Made by a program: the position numbers and the translations under genes
Shown: positions 1-11,227 of the stretch, piece after piece
How positions within the stretch are numbered: the first letter of the stretch is position 1
How the letters are laid out: the number at the start of each line of letters is the position of its first letter
Notes under the pieces: model-generated
Told to the model about the DNA's origin: nothing
The model's database searches: none
What the model saw: only the letters and a program-made list of their open reading frames with translations
Assembly: GCA_019058315.1 (NCBI GenBank)
Contig: JAHPZH010000007.1
Coordinates: forward strand, 64,001-128,000
Length of the DNA: 64,000 nt
Direction of reading: 5' to 3'
Source of the DNA: Candidatus Helarchaeota archaeon
Lineage (GTDB): Archaea > Asgardarchaeota > Lokiarchaeia > Helarchaeales > RDOG01

Positions 1-3000
1 CTACATATGGAAAGCGAAGAATAAATATCCGCTTGGGGTGGATTAATAAATCCATTAAACGATGATTTATTTGCGTATGCACCCGCAAGAAAGTCTGGTG
101 TCCAAAAAAAAGTATTAATAAAAAATGAAATATTTTCTGCCATAATATAGTGCGTATAGTTATTTGAAAAATCATAAAGATCTGAAAAAGCTAAAATTGC
201 AAAGCTGTTATCTTTTAATGTTTTATTAGTATTAATAATGCCAAAAGTACCATTATAATATGAATAAAATCCTAAAAATCTCGAATCCCATAAATAATTC
301 AACATAAAATCTGAAGTTTGATTTATTGTGGTATAATAAGTATCATTATTTACATCATTAGGATACTGTTTGAGATATTCTAATATGGTAAGAATTGCTA
401 AAGAATTAATTAATGTTGATTTTTCATCTATTTCATGTAAAGGTTGCCAAGTATAATTGAATCTTGAGTAAAAGCCATAATTAATTGAATCCCAAAGCTT
501 ATCTATAGTCTCATTTAATGTATAATTCGCCAAATTTAAAGCTTGAGTTCTGATTGTTTGATTTATTTGGTCATTACTTGCAATTCCTAAATTTGCTAAA
601 ATAGCTAATAAATTATCATATAAATTCTTTGTATTATCAGTTGAGGAATTAGTTGAATTATATCCACCATTTACACTATCCCAAAATGTAAAATTCAAAT
701 ATTTCCAAGTTGCATTAGCCAGTTCCAGATAACTAGTATCATTTGTGATATCATATAATTTTAGGAATGTAATAATTGCCCATGCATTATCTTTACATAA
801 TGTAAGATTTGAAATTTGAGTTCCATTTACATCGGTTTCTGAAATAAAACCCAATGAAGTCATATTTCCAACTTTAAAATTATTAATGAGAAAATCTGTA
901 GAATTTAAAGAATAATTTAACATTATTTGATCAATTGCAATTTTTGACCAATCAATAGCAGTATTCAACCCTGTAGATTCAATAAAATCTAAAATTGTAT
1001 AAATTGCATAAAAATTTTCTTCGGCAGATTTATTTAAATTGGTCCCATTAGTATTATAAAATCCAGAATTTAAAGAATCATAAAAACCTAATGTAAGTGA
1101 ACTTAAAGTAGTAAATAATCTTGACTCATAGGTTGAAAATGTTCTATTAGATAATATCAAATTCCATGATGCACCATATGATTCATTTAAAATAAGGTGA
1201 TTTAAATATATTTTTGCATAATATGGCGAGAAATCCAAATTGAAATTATAAATATTCGAATTTTTAGAGGTAAAATTAAATTTCTGACCTAAACCAAAAA
1301 TAGGACTTAACCCAGTATTATCTACAAATCCACTCAGAAAGATCATTGCATCTGCGTTTTCTAATTTATTTCCATCTGTATCATAAACAACGAGATTTGC
1401 ATCGAAATACCTTCCTAATGAGTTTAATTTTGAATTATTGACTTTTATATTTACTAAGGGAGAAAGAGATAATTTATCTTGACTTTGGGATACAGCTATT
1501 AATGCTCTAATCGCCATAAATTCAGAAAATGGGGTTTTTAATTCTCTAATATCAACTTCTTGCTTATAATAACCAGTAAAATACCCTCCAGTTTCATAAT
1601 CCCACAAGTAAAGATTAAGAAAATTCAATATTTCTTCAGATTTACTATAATATGTATAATTATTAGTATCTTCAAATAATTTACTATATGCTAAAATTGC
1701 CCAACTATTGTCTGATGTGGATTTATTCAATCCAATAATAGTTCCATTATGATTGGAATAATCAAAGAATCCTCCTAAATCGTTATCCCATAGAGAATTT
1801 TGGATGAAAATCAATGTTTTATTAATTCTGTCATAGTAAGTTGAATTATATATATCATCAGGAAAAAGCTCAAGATATCGTGAATGGACTAAAATTGATA
1901 AGCTATTTGAATCAAGCCTTTTTGCATCAATTCTATTTTGATGACCTGAAGAAATTCCCCATGACTCATTGGCTGAAGTATAAAATCCCCAAGAATCATT
2001 ATCCCACGTATTATTATTAATTAACTGTAGTGTAATATTCGCCATCTTTGTAGCATTACCTTGAAGTGATGGGTAAATGCTACTTATATTCGCTACCTCT
2101 AAATTTGCAAGAATTGTTAGGAAATGATCAAAGGTATAACGATTGATTTGGTTATTGAATGGTGAAGATTTATTATAATATCCTCCAGTAGCGTTATACC
2201 ATAATGTATTATTAATATAATGCCAAGTTTTGTTAATTTCTTGCAAATAAATTGTATCATTTGTTATTTTATAAAGTTCTGATAATGCAAGAAGTGCATA
2301 GGTATTTTCAATTAATGAGCTTGAATTTATTAAATCTCCATTTTTATCCGTTCCAATATAATAATAGCTTTCAGTAGAATTATTAAATGTTGAATTATAA
2401 AACGTTGAATTAATACGATTATAAATCTCAATAGAATTATTATAAATATAATTAGTCAGATTTGTCTCTGCACCCAATTCAAATAATGTTAGCATTGCTA
2501 GAAAATTATCTATAACCGTTTCATATTCCGAACCTTGGTATTGATCGTGATCACGGGTCAAAGACGTGTAAAAACCAATATCCTCTGGCCTTATATGCTC
2601 TAATAGAAGTCTCATTGTAGTATTAGCTCGTGTTAAATAAATATCAGGAAAACGAAATTCTAACAATCCTAAGATCGCAATAGAATTTGCTCTTGTACTT
2701 TTTTTAGTAGAGTTTTGAGCACTTGCACCAGAATCCATAGAATAATTATATATCTTATTATTGACGTCCCACAAATGATTATTAAGGAAATAAGAAATAT
2801 TTCGCCCCTGAAGATAATAAGTTATATTATTAGTTTTTTCATAAAGTTTTAAAAACGCTTGCATCGCCCATGAATTAGTTTCTAAATATTTAGTTGTGTC
2901 AGTAATCGAATAATTTAATCCTTGTAATACTATATCATAAAAATTATTCCATAGGAAATTAGAGATGTTTTCAGCTATTCTAACATAAGTTTCATTAAGT

Positions 3001-4001
3001 GTGGACTGGGATAATTCTAATAAAGAAAGAATACCAAGTGAATTTACATGAGTTTGATTTCCAAAATTCTTTATACTCCAATTTCTACTATAATTTAGGA
3101 CTAAACCGTTTGAAATGTTAAAATCCTCTAAAATCTTACTCATTATGGTCTCGGACCTTCTTAATGCATTTATTTGATATTCGTAATCGTATTCATAAGT
3201 CCGATATACCTCTAGATTCATTAAAATTGAAATTAAATTGTCTATTGTGTATTTAGAAAGATCATTAGTATCATTACTTTTAAAATAACCATAATATTCC
3301 GAATCCCAAAGTTCCTCATTCATATAAGTTAAAGTTTGATTGGCAATCTCCAGTAATGTAATATTCTCTGTAACTTCATATAACTTTAGTAGTGCCAAAA
3401 TTGCCATAGCATTGTCTGAACTATAGGTTTCATTTGAATAATTTGTTTCATTATCAAAATAATTAATAAAACCTGTTAAACCACCAGTTGAAACATTAAA
3501 ATAACAATTATTTAACAAGAAATCCATAGTTTGATTAGCTATTTGCAAATAATTCACAGATTTATTACTTAAATAAACATCAACAAGGTTAATTATCATT
3601 AATGCATTAGTTAAAGTATACTTTCTTGTGTTATTTTGGCTACCATTTAAATATACATACTCATAAAAACTCCCTTCACTCGAATTCAACAAATTTCTAA
3701 AAATGAAGTCGAATGAATTGTTAATATTATCAAAAACAAATTCCTTGTAGCGATAATAATAATTTGATAAATAAATATCTTCTTGACTCTCTATGTCGCT
3801 AGGTTCTTCGGGATATGGTTCTTGGGCTGAAGTTCCTAAAGGGGGAAGTTCATCAAGAACTGGTAAATCATCTGGCATAATTCCTGCATTATTTTCAGTA
3901 TAATTCGAATCTGGGGGAATATACTGATTTTGGGCAGTTATGAAAAAATTCATAATTATAACTGAACAAACGACTAAAATCGCTAGCGATTTTCTTCTCA
4001 T
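1..4001 (-). CDS. Large secreted/surface glycoprotein with tandem six-hairpin (alpha/alpha)6 glycosidase-like (AGE/GH76/YyaL-like) repeats; 3' end runs off the window
   Basis: Not in ORF track. ATG at 4001, frame open to window edge (>1333 aa). Signal peptide MRRKSLAILVVCSVIIMNFFITA; about 18 repeats of LWD..GF/Y...K...DN..AILA...LY..T.N..Y; many N-x-S/T sequons. Confidence 0.85.
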   Translation of the reverse strand, partial: MRRKSLAILVVCSVIIMNFFITAQNQYIPPDSNYTENNAGIMPDDLPVLDELPPLGTSAQEPYPEEPSDIESQEDIYLSNYYYRYKEFVFDNINNSFDFIFRNLLNSSEGSFYEYVYLNGSQNNTRKYTLTNALMIINLVDVYLSNKSVNYLQIANQTMDFLLNNCYFNVSTGGLTGFINYFDNETNYSNETYSSDNAMAILALLKLYEVTENITLLEIANQTLTYMNEELWDSEYYGYFKSNDTNDLSKYTIDNLISILMNLEVYRTYEYDYEYQINALRRSETIMSKILEDFNISNGLVLNYSRNWSIKNFGNQTHVNSLGILSLLELSQSTLNETYVRIAENISNFLWNNFYDIVLQGLNYSITDTTKYLETNSWAMQAFLKLYEKTNNITYYLQGRNISYFLNNHLWDVNNKIYNYSMDSGASAQNSTKKSTRANSIAILGLLEFRFPDIYLTRANTTMRLLLEHIRPEDIGFYTSLTRDHDQYQGSEYETVIDNFLAMLTLFELGAETNLTNYIYNNSIEIYNRINSTFYNSTFNNSTESYYYIGTDKNGDLINSSSLIENTYALLALSELYKITNDTIYLQEINKTWHYINNTLWYNATGGYYNKSSPFNNQINRYTFDHFLTILANLEVANISSIYPSLQGNATKMANITLQLINNNTWDNDSWGFYTSANESWGISSGHQNRIDAKRLDSNSLSILVHSRYLELFPDDIYNSTYYDRINKTLIFIQNSLWDNDLGGFFDYSNHNGTIIGLNKSTSDNSWAILAYSKLFEDTNNYTYYSKSEEILNFLNLYLWDYETGGYFTGYYKQEVDIRELKTPFSEFMAIRALIAVSQSQDKLSLSPLVNIKVNNSKLNSLGRYFDANLVVYDTDGNKLENADAMIFLSGFVDNTGLSPIFGLGQKFNFTSKNSNIYNFNLDFSPYYAKIYLNHLILNESYGASWNLILSNRTFSTYESRLFTTLSSLTLGFYDSLNSGFYNTNGTNLNKSAEENFYAIYTILDFIESTGLNTAIDWSKIAIDQIMLNYSLNSTDFLINNFKVGNMTSLGFISETDVNGTQISNLTLCKDNAWAIITFLKLYDITNDTSYLELANATWKYLNFTFWDSVNGGYNSTNSSTDNTKNLYDNLLAILANLGIASNDQINQTIRTQALNLANYTLNETIDKLWDSINYGFYSRFNYTWQPLHEIDEKSTLINSLAILTILEYLKQYPNDVNNDTYYTTINQTSDFMLNYLWDSRFLGFYSYYNGTFGIINTNKTLKDNSFAILAFSDLYDFSNNYTHYIMAENISFFINTFFWTPDFLAGAYANKSSFNGFINPPQADIYSSLSIC

Positions 4002-4187
4002 CTATTAGAATTCTCCAGAAACTTAAACTATAGTAGTTTTACTTTTTAGGTTTTAAAATGTTATTAATAAAAATAATTTAATTCTAAATGAAATAAATAA
4101 GATTTGGTATTTTTAATTCAATAAAAGATACCGTTGTTTTTCTTAAAAAACACAAATTAAATATGAAATTGACTCTAATTATTAGTA

Positions 4188-5351
4188 TTATTCATCTCTA
4201 AACTTAGTATTTCTACCAATTCCTGTTGAAATAATATTAGATGGCTCTAATCTTTCGTTTATCTGAGTTTGATGATTAATATTTAAAAAAACACCGTCAA
4301 ACAGTTCATCAAGAGATAAATTAAGCTCTTCAATAGGATTAATCCATTTTCCTTTTGGATAATTTTGTTGAAACCGGTTCTCAGGGTCGGATTTATTTTT
4401 TATATTTGGTAACTCTGTATTTAAAGTTTGAATCGGATAGGGTATTCCTCTTTTTATAACTCGATTTACAAACCAATCCCAAATCTCTGCATGGATGTTT
4501 TTGAACATTTCTCTATTTTTTTCTTCAAATGGTTGTAGATACATCATATGCTCTGTTGTGAGTCCTGTGACTTTAACTGTGAAATCCGAACGACCCATAT
4601 GCATGAAAGTGTTCAACATTGACGGCCATGGTGCTTGGGCAAATATATAGTCAGGAAGTTTATAAATTTCCTTTGCTCCCCAACCATCCCATCCCATAGC
4701 AACTGATTCATAATTTGAAGGTTCAAATAGTAAATTAAGTGCAAAAGTTTCATAGGCGTTAATACAATAGTAATCTGCTAAAGCCCATTGTGGAGTCCTT
4801 TCATTTCGAATATCTTTTAAAATGTCGATTAAGCGTAAACTGGATTTTTTAATCTCTTTAATTTTTTTAGGAAGTTCTCTTATTTTATATCCTAATTTCA
4901 TATGCCTTCTATCTAATAATTCATCTTCAGGGTGCACAAACCACCAATCTACCGGAAGTCCATCCTCTAAGTGTCCGTTAAGCAGTCCAAAAACTTCTTT
5001 TGTGTCATGTTTTAAAATAATATATGTAACATCCGCAGAATCCCCACTAAATAGTTTTTGAGTACCTTGAAGCAAATCTGCTCGTATTGAGACATTAGGT
5101 AATATAATAGTATATGAAAGGATTTTCTCAGGATTAGTCATTTCTTGGGTAATAACACTTTTTGAGGTCTTTATCGATTCATTAAATCGAGTTTCAAAAA
5201 AATCATAACAGGTGTCCTGACTATCTTTCGAAAATTTTGAAAATCTTTCAAAACCAAACTCTTTAAAAAGCTCCCACATATTATGAATTAAAGGTAAATA
5301 TGGTTTAATAGAAATTTCTTCGGGAATATCACCATATGTATATTTTGACAT
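4188..5351 (-). CDS. Hypothetical protein (387 aa)
   Basis: Long ORF with GGAG SD; no family recognised. Confidence 0.8.
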   Translation of the reverse strand: MSKYTYGDIPEEISIKPYLPLIHNMWELFKEFGFERFSKFSKDSQDTCYDFFETRFNESIKTSKSVITQEMTNPEKILSYTIILPNVSIRADLLQGTQKLFSGDSADVTYIILKHDTKEVFGLLNGHLEDGLPVDWWFVHPEDELLDRRHMKLGYKIRELPKKIKEIKKSSLRLIDILKDIRNERTPQWALADYYCINAYETFALNLLFEPSNYESVAMGWDGWGAKEIYKLPDYIFAQAPWPSMLNTFMHMGRSDFTVKVTGLTTEHMMYLQPFEEKNREMFKNIHAEIWDWFVNRVIKRGIPYPIQTLNTELPNIKNKSDPENRFQQNYPKGKWINPIEELNLSLDELFDGVFLNINHQTQINERLEPSNIISTGIGRNTKFRDE

Positions 5352-5553
5352 ATTAGAAACTCCTAAATCTAAAATTCACTTTTTTTGAATTTATCTTCTT
5401 CAATAAGGCAAATTTATTTATCAAAACATTTTTGTCTCTTATAGTTAATTTTTTCCTTTTAATTAAACCAAAACTTATTTAAAATTGGTAATAAAGGAAA
5501 TATTTTGAAATAGTAAAGCATAAAATTGGACTTCAAAAAAAGGAGAATATGAA

Positions 5554-6501
5554 TTGCCCAAGGGTTTGGCTTTGTTTGGTTGGACTAATAAAGAAGGCTT
5601 TTTTCTCATTGACTGTGTACCAAATGACATTAGACGCTTATTAGATGACGAAACAGTAATGAGAATAGGGTCATTACATAGACTACGTAAATTAGACCCA
5701 AATTTTCTAACTTTAAATTTACCTAATTTTAAGATAGCTAGCTTTTTTTCAGGAATGAAGACTGCTAGATTTATAATTACTCCAAACTTTACTCTAACAT
5801 TAATTTTAGATTTAGAGGAAAATCCACATAAATTTTCAGCAATTCTCCCTACTGCTGCAAAAGCAGTTTTAAATACTTTAAGCGGAGAAAAACAACGATT
5901 TGATACAAGAACTGCGAGAATGGGGGATGTTTTAGCCGCTATCGGTAAAGAATACAAAGATGTATTGCCTAGAATTTTTGATGATATTTGTAATGATCGC
6001 GTTCAACATGCAATGAGTGTAGAAGACTTATTAGATGAAGCTGGATATGTTGAAGAAGAAATTTCTGAAGCTGAAAAACAACTACAACAATTAAGAGATA
6101 TTATTGAAGAAAGGGATGGGATGATTAAAATGTTACAAAAAATGCTTTCAGAACAAGAAAAATCTGCTGGCGATACTTTTGGACCGTCCGTTTCCGATTA
6201 TACTTCAATGATTCAAGATTTACAAAACAAATTAACTGAAGAGAAACGAATTAACAAAGATTTATTAGATAAAAAACAAAAACTTGAAGCTCAAATTGAA
6301 CGATCCCCTTTGATGGAAAATAAATTACGTTCTTTACAAGCAGATTTAAGAGAAAGAGAGGGAATAATTCAAGAACAAAAAGATAAAATTCGGGAACTAG
6401 AAGAAGCTTTAAAAGGTGGAGGAGCTGTAAGTTCAACATCAACTACAACATCTTCCACTTCAAGTACGTCGGGGGGTAAAAGTCGCTATATACCACTTTA
6501 A
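5554..6501 (+). CDS. Longin/uDENN-like N-terminal domain plus coiled-coil protein
   Basis: N-term MPKGLALFGWTNKEGFFLIDCVP resembles Asgard longin/uDENN-like starts; heptad-rich C-half; Ser/Thr-rich tail; AGGAG SD. Confidence 0.6.
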   Translation: MPKGLALFGWTNKEGFFLIDCVPNDIRRLLDDETVMRIGSLHRLRKLDPNFLTLNLPNFKIASFFSGMKTARFIITPNFTLTLILDLEENPHKFSAILPTAAKAVLNTLSGEKQRFDTRTARMGDVLAAIGKEYKDVLPRIFDDICNDRVQHAMSVEDLLDEAGYVEEEISEAEKQLQQLRDIIEERDGMIKMLQKMLSEQEKSAGDTFGPSVSDYTSMIQDLQNKLTEEKRINKDLLDKKQKLEAQIERSPLMENKLRSLQADLREREGIIQEQKDKIRELEEALKGGGAVSSTSTTTSSTSSTSGGKSRYIPL

Positions 6502-6535
6502 AATTAATAATTTTGTTCAAACACTTTTTAATTAA

Positions 6536-7780
6536 ATGTATTTAAAGGCATCTTTCATGAAAGAAATAAATCTTGACGATTTGTCAGAATGGTTCGAAAA
6601 TAAAACTAAAAAACAAATTGAACCTATAAAAAAAGAAGCACAAAAAAAAATATCTAAATGTGAATCAATATTTAATGAGCTTAGAGTTGCATGTCATACT
6701 CTTGAAGAACAACCTCCAACAAGTTCAGATGAATTAATAACAAAGTCAGCAAAACGTTTTTCTGAAAAACTGGTAAAAAGTCTAGATGATTTTGAATTCC
6801 CAGAAAAAATAACTTATGAAAAAGTTGATAATTTTAAAGATAGGCTAGCAAATCTATTAAGAACAATTGCGCAATATGCTAATAGGTGGGTTTCAAAATT
6901 AGGAAGGGATAAATCGTATTTACAAATTATCCGTAATATTAATTACTTACTAAGAGACATTCAGAACCTCTTTAGAAAATTAAATACTTTCCTTGAAAAG
7001 AAATATCGTAGAGTCATGAATATAGAAAATATTGAGGAGTTAATCGAAAAACTGGAAGAATTAATACAAAATGCAAAAGATATAAAGGTCTTTGAATCAG
7101 AAATTGAAAATGAACTAAAAGAAAATGAATTGGAATTAAATAAAATTAAAGAAAAAATTCAAACTTTAGAAAAAAATGACATTATAAACCAAATAAATTT
7201 ACTTGATAACGAATTAGAAAAAATAAATGGAAAAATAAGGAATTTAATAGGTCCAATTCGAAAATCCTTAAAAAAATTTTTGAAATTAATAGATGATGGT
7301 GATTATAATCCAAGACCTGATTCAGTTTCATTTATTTCTTTGTATATTAACGATCCAATAAACACATTTCTGTCAGAAAATAATGAGTTTTTACATTTAA
7401 AATCAATATTTTTAGATTTATTAGATGCAATTAATACAAACAAATTGAAATTAAAAACAAGTTCCGAAAAAAAAATTAAAATAAAAATTAAAAATATTGA
7501 AAAAAGAGATTTAAAATCATTAAAATTGCGATTTGATCAATTATATGATAAAAAACAATCAATTCTTTCAAATCCAGATTATAAAAGAAAACTTGAAGAA
7601 TTAGCTGAAATCCTAGAAAAAAAAGAGATCATAACGAGAGAAAATGAAGAAATAAAATTAAAATTTGATAAAAATAATGAAGATTATAATAGGGCATTGA
7701 CTAAACTCGGAGATTATAAATCTAAAATAGAAAATTCAGTATTAGAAATCACTAATACTCAAATTAAACTCCTTTTATAA
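6536..7780 (+). CDS. Coiled-coil hypothetical protein
   Basis: 414-aa ORF, K/E/L-rich heptads, no Walker motif seen; start may be the second Met. Confidence 0.75.
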   Translation: MYLKASFMKEINLDDLSEWFENKTKKQIEPIKKEAQKKISKCESIFNELRVACHTLEEQPPTSSDELITKSAKRFSEKLVKSLDDFEFPEKITYEKVDNFKDRLANLLRTIAQYANRWVSKLGRDKSYLQIIRNINYLLRDIQNLFRKLNTFLEKKYRRVMNIENIEELIEKLEELIQNAKDIKVFESEIENELKENELELNKIKEKIQTLEKNDIINQINLLDNELEKINGKIRNLIGPIRKSLKKFLKLIDDGDYNPRPDSVSFISLYINDPINTFLSENNEFLHLKSIFLDLLDAINTNKLKLKTSSEKKIKIKIKNIEKRDLKSLKLRFDQLYDKKQSILSNPDYKRKLEELAEILEKKEIITRENEEIKLKFDKNNEDYNRALTKLGDYKSKIENSVLEITNTQIKLLL

Positions 7781-7793
7781 TGAAGTTATCTGA

Positions 7794-8459
7794 ATGATGA
7801 TAAAAAAATTAAATGATAATTTAAAAAAAATTCAATCTAAACTAGAGATAATATTTAATCTCTTAAAAATCCCATTTTTACAAAAAATTGACACAATAAA
7901 TCCGATAACAGAAGAAATACTTAACCCTCACAAATCTAAAATATTAAATAATCTCAAAGAAGTCCTCATTATTTTTAAGGAGATTCAATCTGATAAATTA
8001 GTCCAAATTACAGATTTCAAAGCATTTTCAGAAAAGATGATTCCAATTATTGAAGATATTAAGGTAAAAATTGAAAAATCACAAAGTAATGAATATAATA
8101 ACTTATATATTATGATAAAACTATATTGGTTTATTGAATATTTTATCAAACATGAATTAGAACTTAAAAATAACGAGTTTTTTAATGAAGGGTGTCATTA
8201 TAAATGGATTATTGATGATATTTGTCTAGATTTTTTAATTAATCTTGAGAATAACCCAAATTCATCAATTAATGTTTTAGCTGAAATTGATGATAAGCGG
8301 AGAGGAACTATAAGAAATACGAAATTGATAGAAATTAAGGATAAAACGGTAGGTTTAACATCATTAGGACAAATACTTTGCGATATAGCAAAAATTGGAG
8401 ATATATACTGCTATTATCTAGATGAATTTGATGAAATATTGGAAGAATCAGAAGAATAA
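7794..8459 (+). CDS. Hypothetical protein, possible C-terminal winged helix
   Basis: 221-aa ORF; LIEIKDKTVGLTSLGQIL resembles a wHTH wing plus helix. Confidence 0.6.
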   Translation: MMIKKLNDNLKKIQSKLEIIFNLLKIPFLQKIDTINPITEEILNPHKSKILNNLKEVLIIFKEIQSDKLVQITDFKAFSEKMIPIIEDIKVKIEKSQSNEYNNLYIMIKLYWFIEYFIKHELELKNNEFFNEGCHYKWIIDDICLDFLINLENNPNSSINVLAEIDDKRRGTIRNTKLIEIKDKTVGLTSLGQILCDIAKIGDIYCYYLDEFDEILEESEE

Positions 8460-8491
8460 ATATAATTAAAACAAATTATTTAATTATTAAA

Positions 8492-8650
8492 TTATTTAAT
8501 AATTTGCCTATGGGCACAACCTCTAGCTGTACATTGATTTTTTGATTGAATTGATTTACAACATTCATCACATATAATTTTCATACTCTTGAACTCACAA
8601 AGATGTATATGCTTTTTATTTTTTTCACAAATAATACAAATCATTCCCAA
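8492..8650 (-). CDS. Small Cys/His-rich putative zinc-finger protein
   Basis: Not in ORF track. (TTG GGA) MICIICEKNKKHIHLCEFKSMKIICDECCKSIQSKNQCTARGCAHRQIIK*; GAAGGA upstream; ATG at 8644 is the alternative start. Confidence 0.65.
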   Translation of the reverse strand: MGMICIICEKNKKHIHLCEFKSMKIICDECCKSIQSKNQCTARGCAHRQIIK

Positions 8651-8970
8651 AATTATTTCCTTCTTTTATAATGTTTGATTTTAATGATTCATACATTTAA
8701 AACACGGTATATTAGGATTTTATAAATAAATTCTTATAATTAAGATTAAAGATTAATTGGTTTTTGTACCAGTTGAAATTAAATTAAAATTAAATATTTT
8801 TGAATATTCCATTTAATTATTGGATATTTTAAGCATATTTATTTCATTCAATAAACCCCTACTATAACTCTTAAATCAATGACAATTAATTTTATATCTT
8901 TTTTCTTTTTTATTAATGTGAATTAAGAAATTAGAATAAACTAATTTTTATTATATAAATGGTGTAAAAT

Positions 8971-11226
8971 TTGGAAAGAATGGTGTTTCCCTTCACAGCA
9001 ATGGTTGGACAAGAGAAAATGAGGCTAGCTTTGATATTAAATGTCATTAATCCACTTATTGGGGGAGTTCTGATTCGAGGGGAACGTGGTACTGGCAAAA
9101 GCACTGCTATCCGTGCCTTAGCTCAATTATTACCGGATATTGAGATAGTAAAAGGCTGTTGTTTTAATTGTGATCCATATGATACTGATCATTTATGTGT
9201 TGAATGTGCAGATAAATATGGGAATAATGCATTAATTACCGAAAAAAAGAAGCAAACTGTAGTAGAAATTCCATTAAGCGCAACAGAGGATAAAGTTGTA
9301 GGTTCTCTTGATATTGAACGTGCAATAAAAGACGGTATAAAAGCCTTAGAACCCGGAATACTGGCTAATGCAAATCGTAATATTCTTTATGTTGATGAAA
9401 TAAATTTATTAAGTGATCATATTATTGATGATCTTCTAGATTGCGCAGCTATGGGTGTCAATCTTATCGAAAGAGAAGGAATCTCGGTTAGTCACCCTTC
9501 AAAGTTTGTTTTAGTCGGATCTATGAATCCCGAGGAAGGAGAACTGAGACCTCAAATTCTAGACCGTCTTGGATTATCTGTAGATGTCGAATCTATAAAG
9601 GATTTTGACCTTAGATTACAAATCTTAGAAAGGGTAGAAGATTTTGATAAAAACCCTCAAAGATTTATCGATTTGTATAAGAAAAGTGATTTCGAATTAC
9701 AAGAAAAAATAGTAAAAGCAATGGGGATCATGGAACAGGGTGTTTTAATTCCAGATTATTTAATGCAGACAATTGTCACTATATGCATTGATCTGCGAGT
9801 TCCAACACATCGTGGAGAAATTACTATAGCGAGATGTGCCAAAGCATTAGCGGCATTTGACGGACGAAGTGAAGTTAATGAAGCTGATGTTTTAACTGCC
9901 GCACAATTAACTCTTCATCATCGCTTAGCTGATATGGGAGCAACTCAGGAAGAAATCGAGAAAAAAATTAATGAGAGTTTTAAAAAAGCATTATCACAAG
10001 CTAAAGAAGATGAACAAAAAAAAATAGATGAAATGGGGCAGGATAAAAAAAAAAGCCCAGTAGATGAAGAAACAGCGCAAGAAAAAAAAATTCCTCAAAC
10101 AGGTATGTCTGAACAATTAAAAACTGAGTATGGAAAATTAGATCAACAGCAAATGGACAATCCTGATGAACAAGAATTTAAAAACATCGACGATCAAAAA
10201 CAAAATTATGAATTTGGTCAAGATGGCAGACCATTTAAAAAAGAAAAACTAAATCCAAAGCAAAATATTAAGGATAATTTAAATACTTTTAAAAAATTCC
10301 CAGAAGTCGCGAAAGTATTTAATTTTGATAAAAAAAGAGTTAATGAACCAAATAAAATGCCATTAATGGGGAAGCGATTTAAGAAAAAGGGACCGATAAA
10401 TAAAGGAAAATATATTACTTTTAAACTACCTAGAGAAAAAACTAGAAGTATTGCACTTGATGCTACTATAAGAGCCGCCGCTCCTTATCAAAAAAGACGA
10501 AAAAATAGAGGGCTAGCAGTAAATCTCGAAATGCAAGATATTCGAGAAAGGATATTTGAATATCAAGCACCACTTTCGATTGTATTTGTTCTGGATGCCT
10601 CTGGTTCAATGTTTAGAATGTTAAAGCAAATGAAAGATGTAATTATGAACCTTCATGAAGATGCATATAAACATAGGGACCGTGTGGGATTAGTTACCTT
10701 TCAAGGATATGATGCTATAGTCATACAACAACCAACGGTTAATTTAGACCTTGTTATTAATCGATTATCCTACGTTCAATCAGATTCATGGACTCCGCTT
10801 GCAAGTGGCCTTCAAATGGGCGCAGAAGTATTGAAGCATGAAAAACAAAGGAATAAAGAAATTATCCCAGTGCTTGTAGTACTAACTGATGGTGGGGCAA
10901 ACGTTCCTATTAGTTCTATCCCACCACCACCGTTTCATAATTTTCAATATTATCAAATGCTGGAGGAAGAGATTCAGCAAATTTCCTTAGTATTGAAAAA
11001 AGAAAATATACACACCATAGTACTTTGGCCAGAAAATGCATCGATGAGAGGCCCTAGACACAAAAGGATTGCTTTGTCAATAGCGAAATATTCTGAAGGT
11101 GTATTTTATCAAATCAAAGCAGGTGCAAAATTAGGCCAAATATTTTCTAGAGATACTTTTAGACCTCAAAGATTAGGAATGGTTTCGAAGAATAAAAATT
11201 ATATCCGTACGTATTTTAATAGTTAA
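8971..11226 (+). CDS. Mg/Co-chelatase ChlI/ChlD-like AAA+ ATPase fused to vWA domain
   Basis: FPFTAMVGQ, Walker [34 protein letters not shown]; MIDAS DASGSM, TPLASGL, VLTDG. Confidence 0.9.
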   Translation: MERMVFPFTAMVGQEKMRLALILNVINPLIGGVLIRGERGTGKSTAIRALAQLLPDIEIVKGCCFNCDPYDTDHLCVECADKYGNNALITEKKKQTVVEIPLSATEDKVVGSLDIERAIKDGIKALEPGILANANRNILYVDEINLLSDHIIDDLLDCAAMGVNLIEREGISVSHPSKFVLVGSMNPEEGELRPQILDRLGLSVDVESIKDFDLRLQILERVEDFDKNPQRFIDLYKKSDFELQEKIVKAMGIMEQGVLIPDYLMQTIVTICIDLRVPTHRGEITIARCAKALAAFDGRSEVNEADVLTAAQLTLHHRLADMGATQEEIEKKINESFKKALSQAKEDEQKKIDEMGQDKKKSPVDEETAQEKKIPQTGMSEQLKTEYGKLDQQQMDNPDEQEFKNIDDQKQNYEFGQDGRPFKKEKLNPKQNIKDNLNTFKKFPEVAKVFNFDKKRVNEPNKMPLMGKRFKKKGPINKGKYITFKLPREKTRSIALDATIRAAAPYQKRRKNRGLAVNLEMQDIRERIFEYQAPLSIVFVLDASGSMFRMLKQMKDVIMNLHEDAYKHRDRVGLVTFQGYDAIVIQQPTVNLDLVINRLSYVQSDSWTPLASGLQMGAEVLKHEKQRNKEIIPVLVVLTDGGANVPISSIPPPPFHNFQYYQMLEEEIQQISLVLKKENIHTIVLWPENASMRGPRHKRIALSIAKYSEGVFYQIKAGAKLGQIFSRDTFRPQRLGMVSKNKNYIRTYFNS

Positions 11227-11227
11227 T

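Noticed and set aside
5475-5957. 160-aa minus-strand ORF, and similar shadow ORFs (4822, 11241, 14595, 18457, 25020, 30669, 41288, 60554, 60910 etc.)
   Set aside because: Antisense or out-of-frame overlaps of better-supported genes; no recognisable motifs
6536-7780. SMC/Rad50 ATPase
   Set aside because: No Walker A/B or signature motif; coiled coil only
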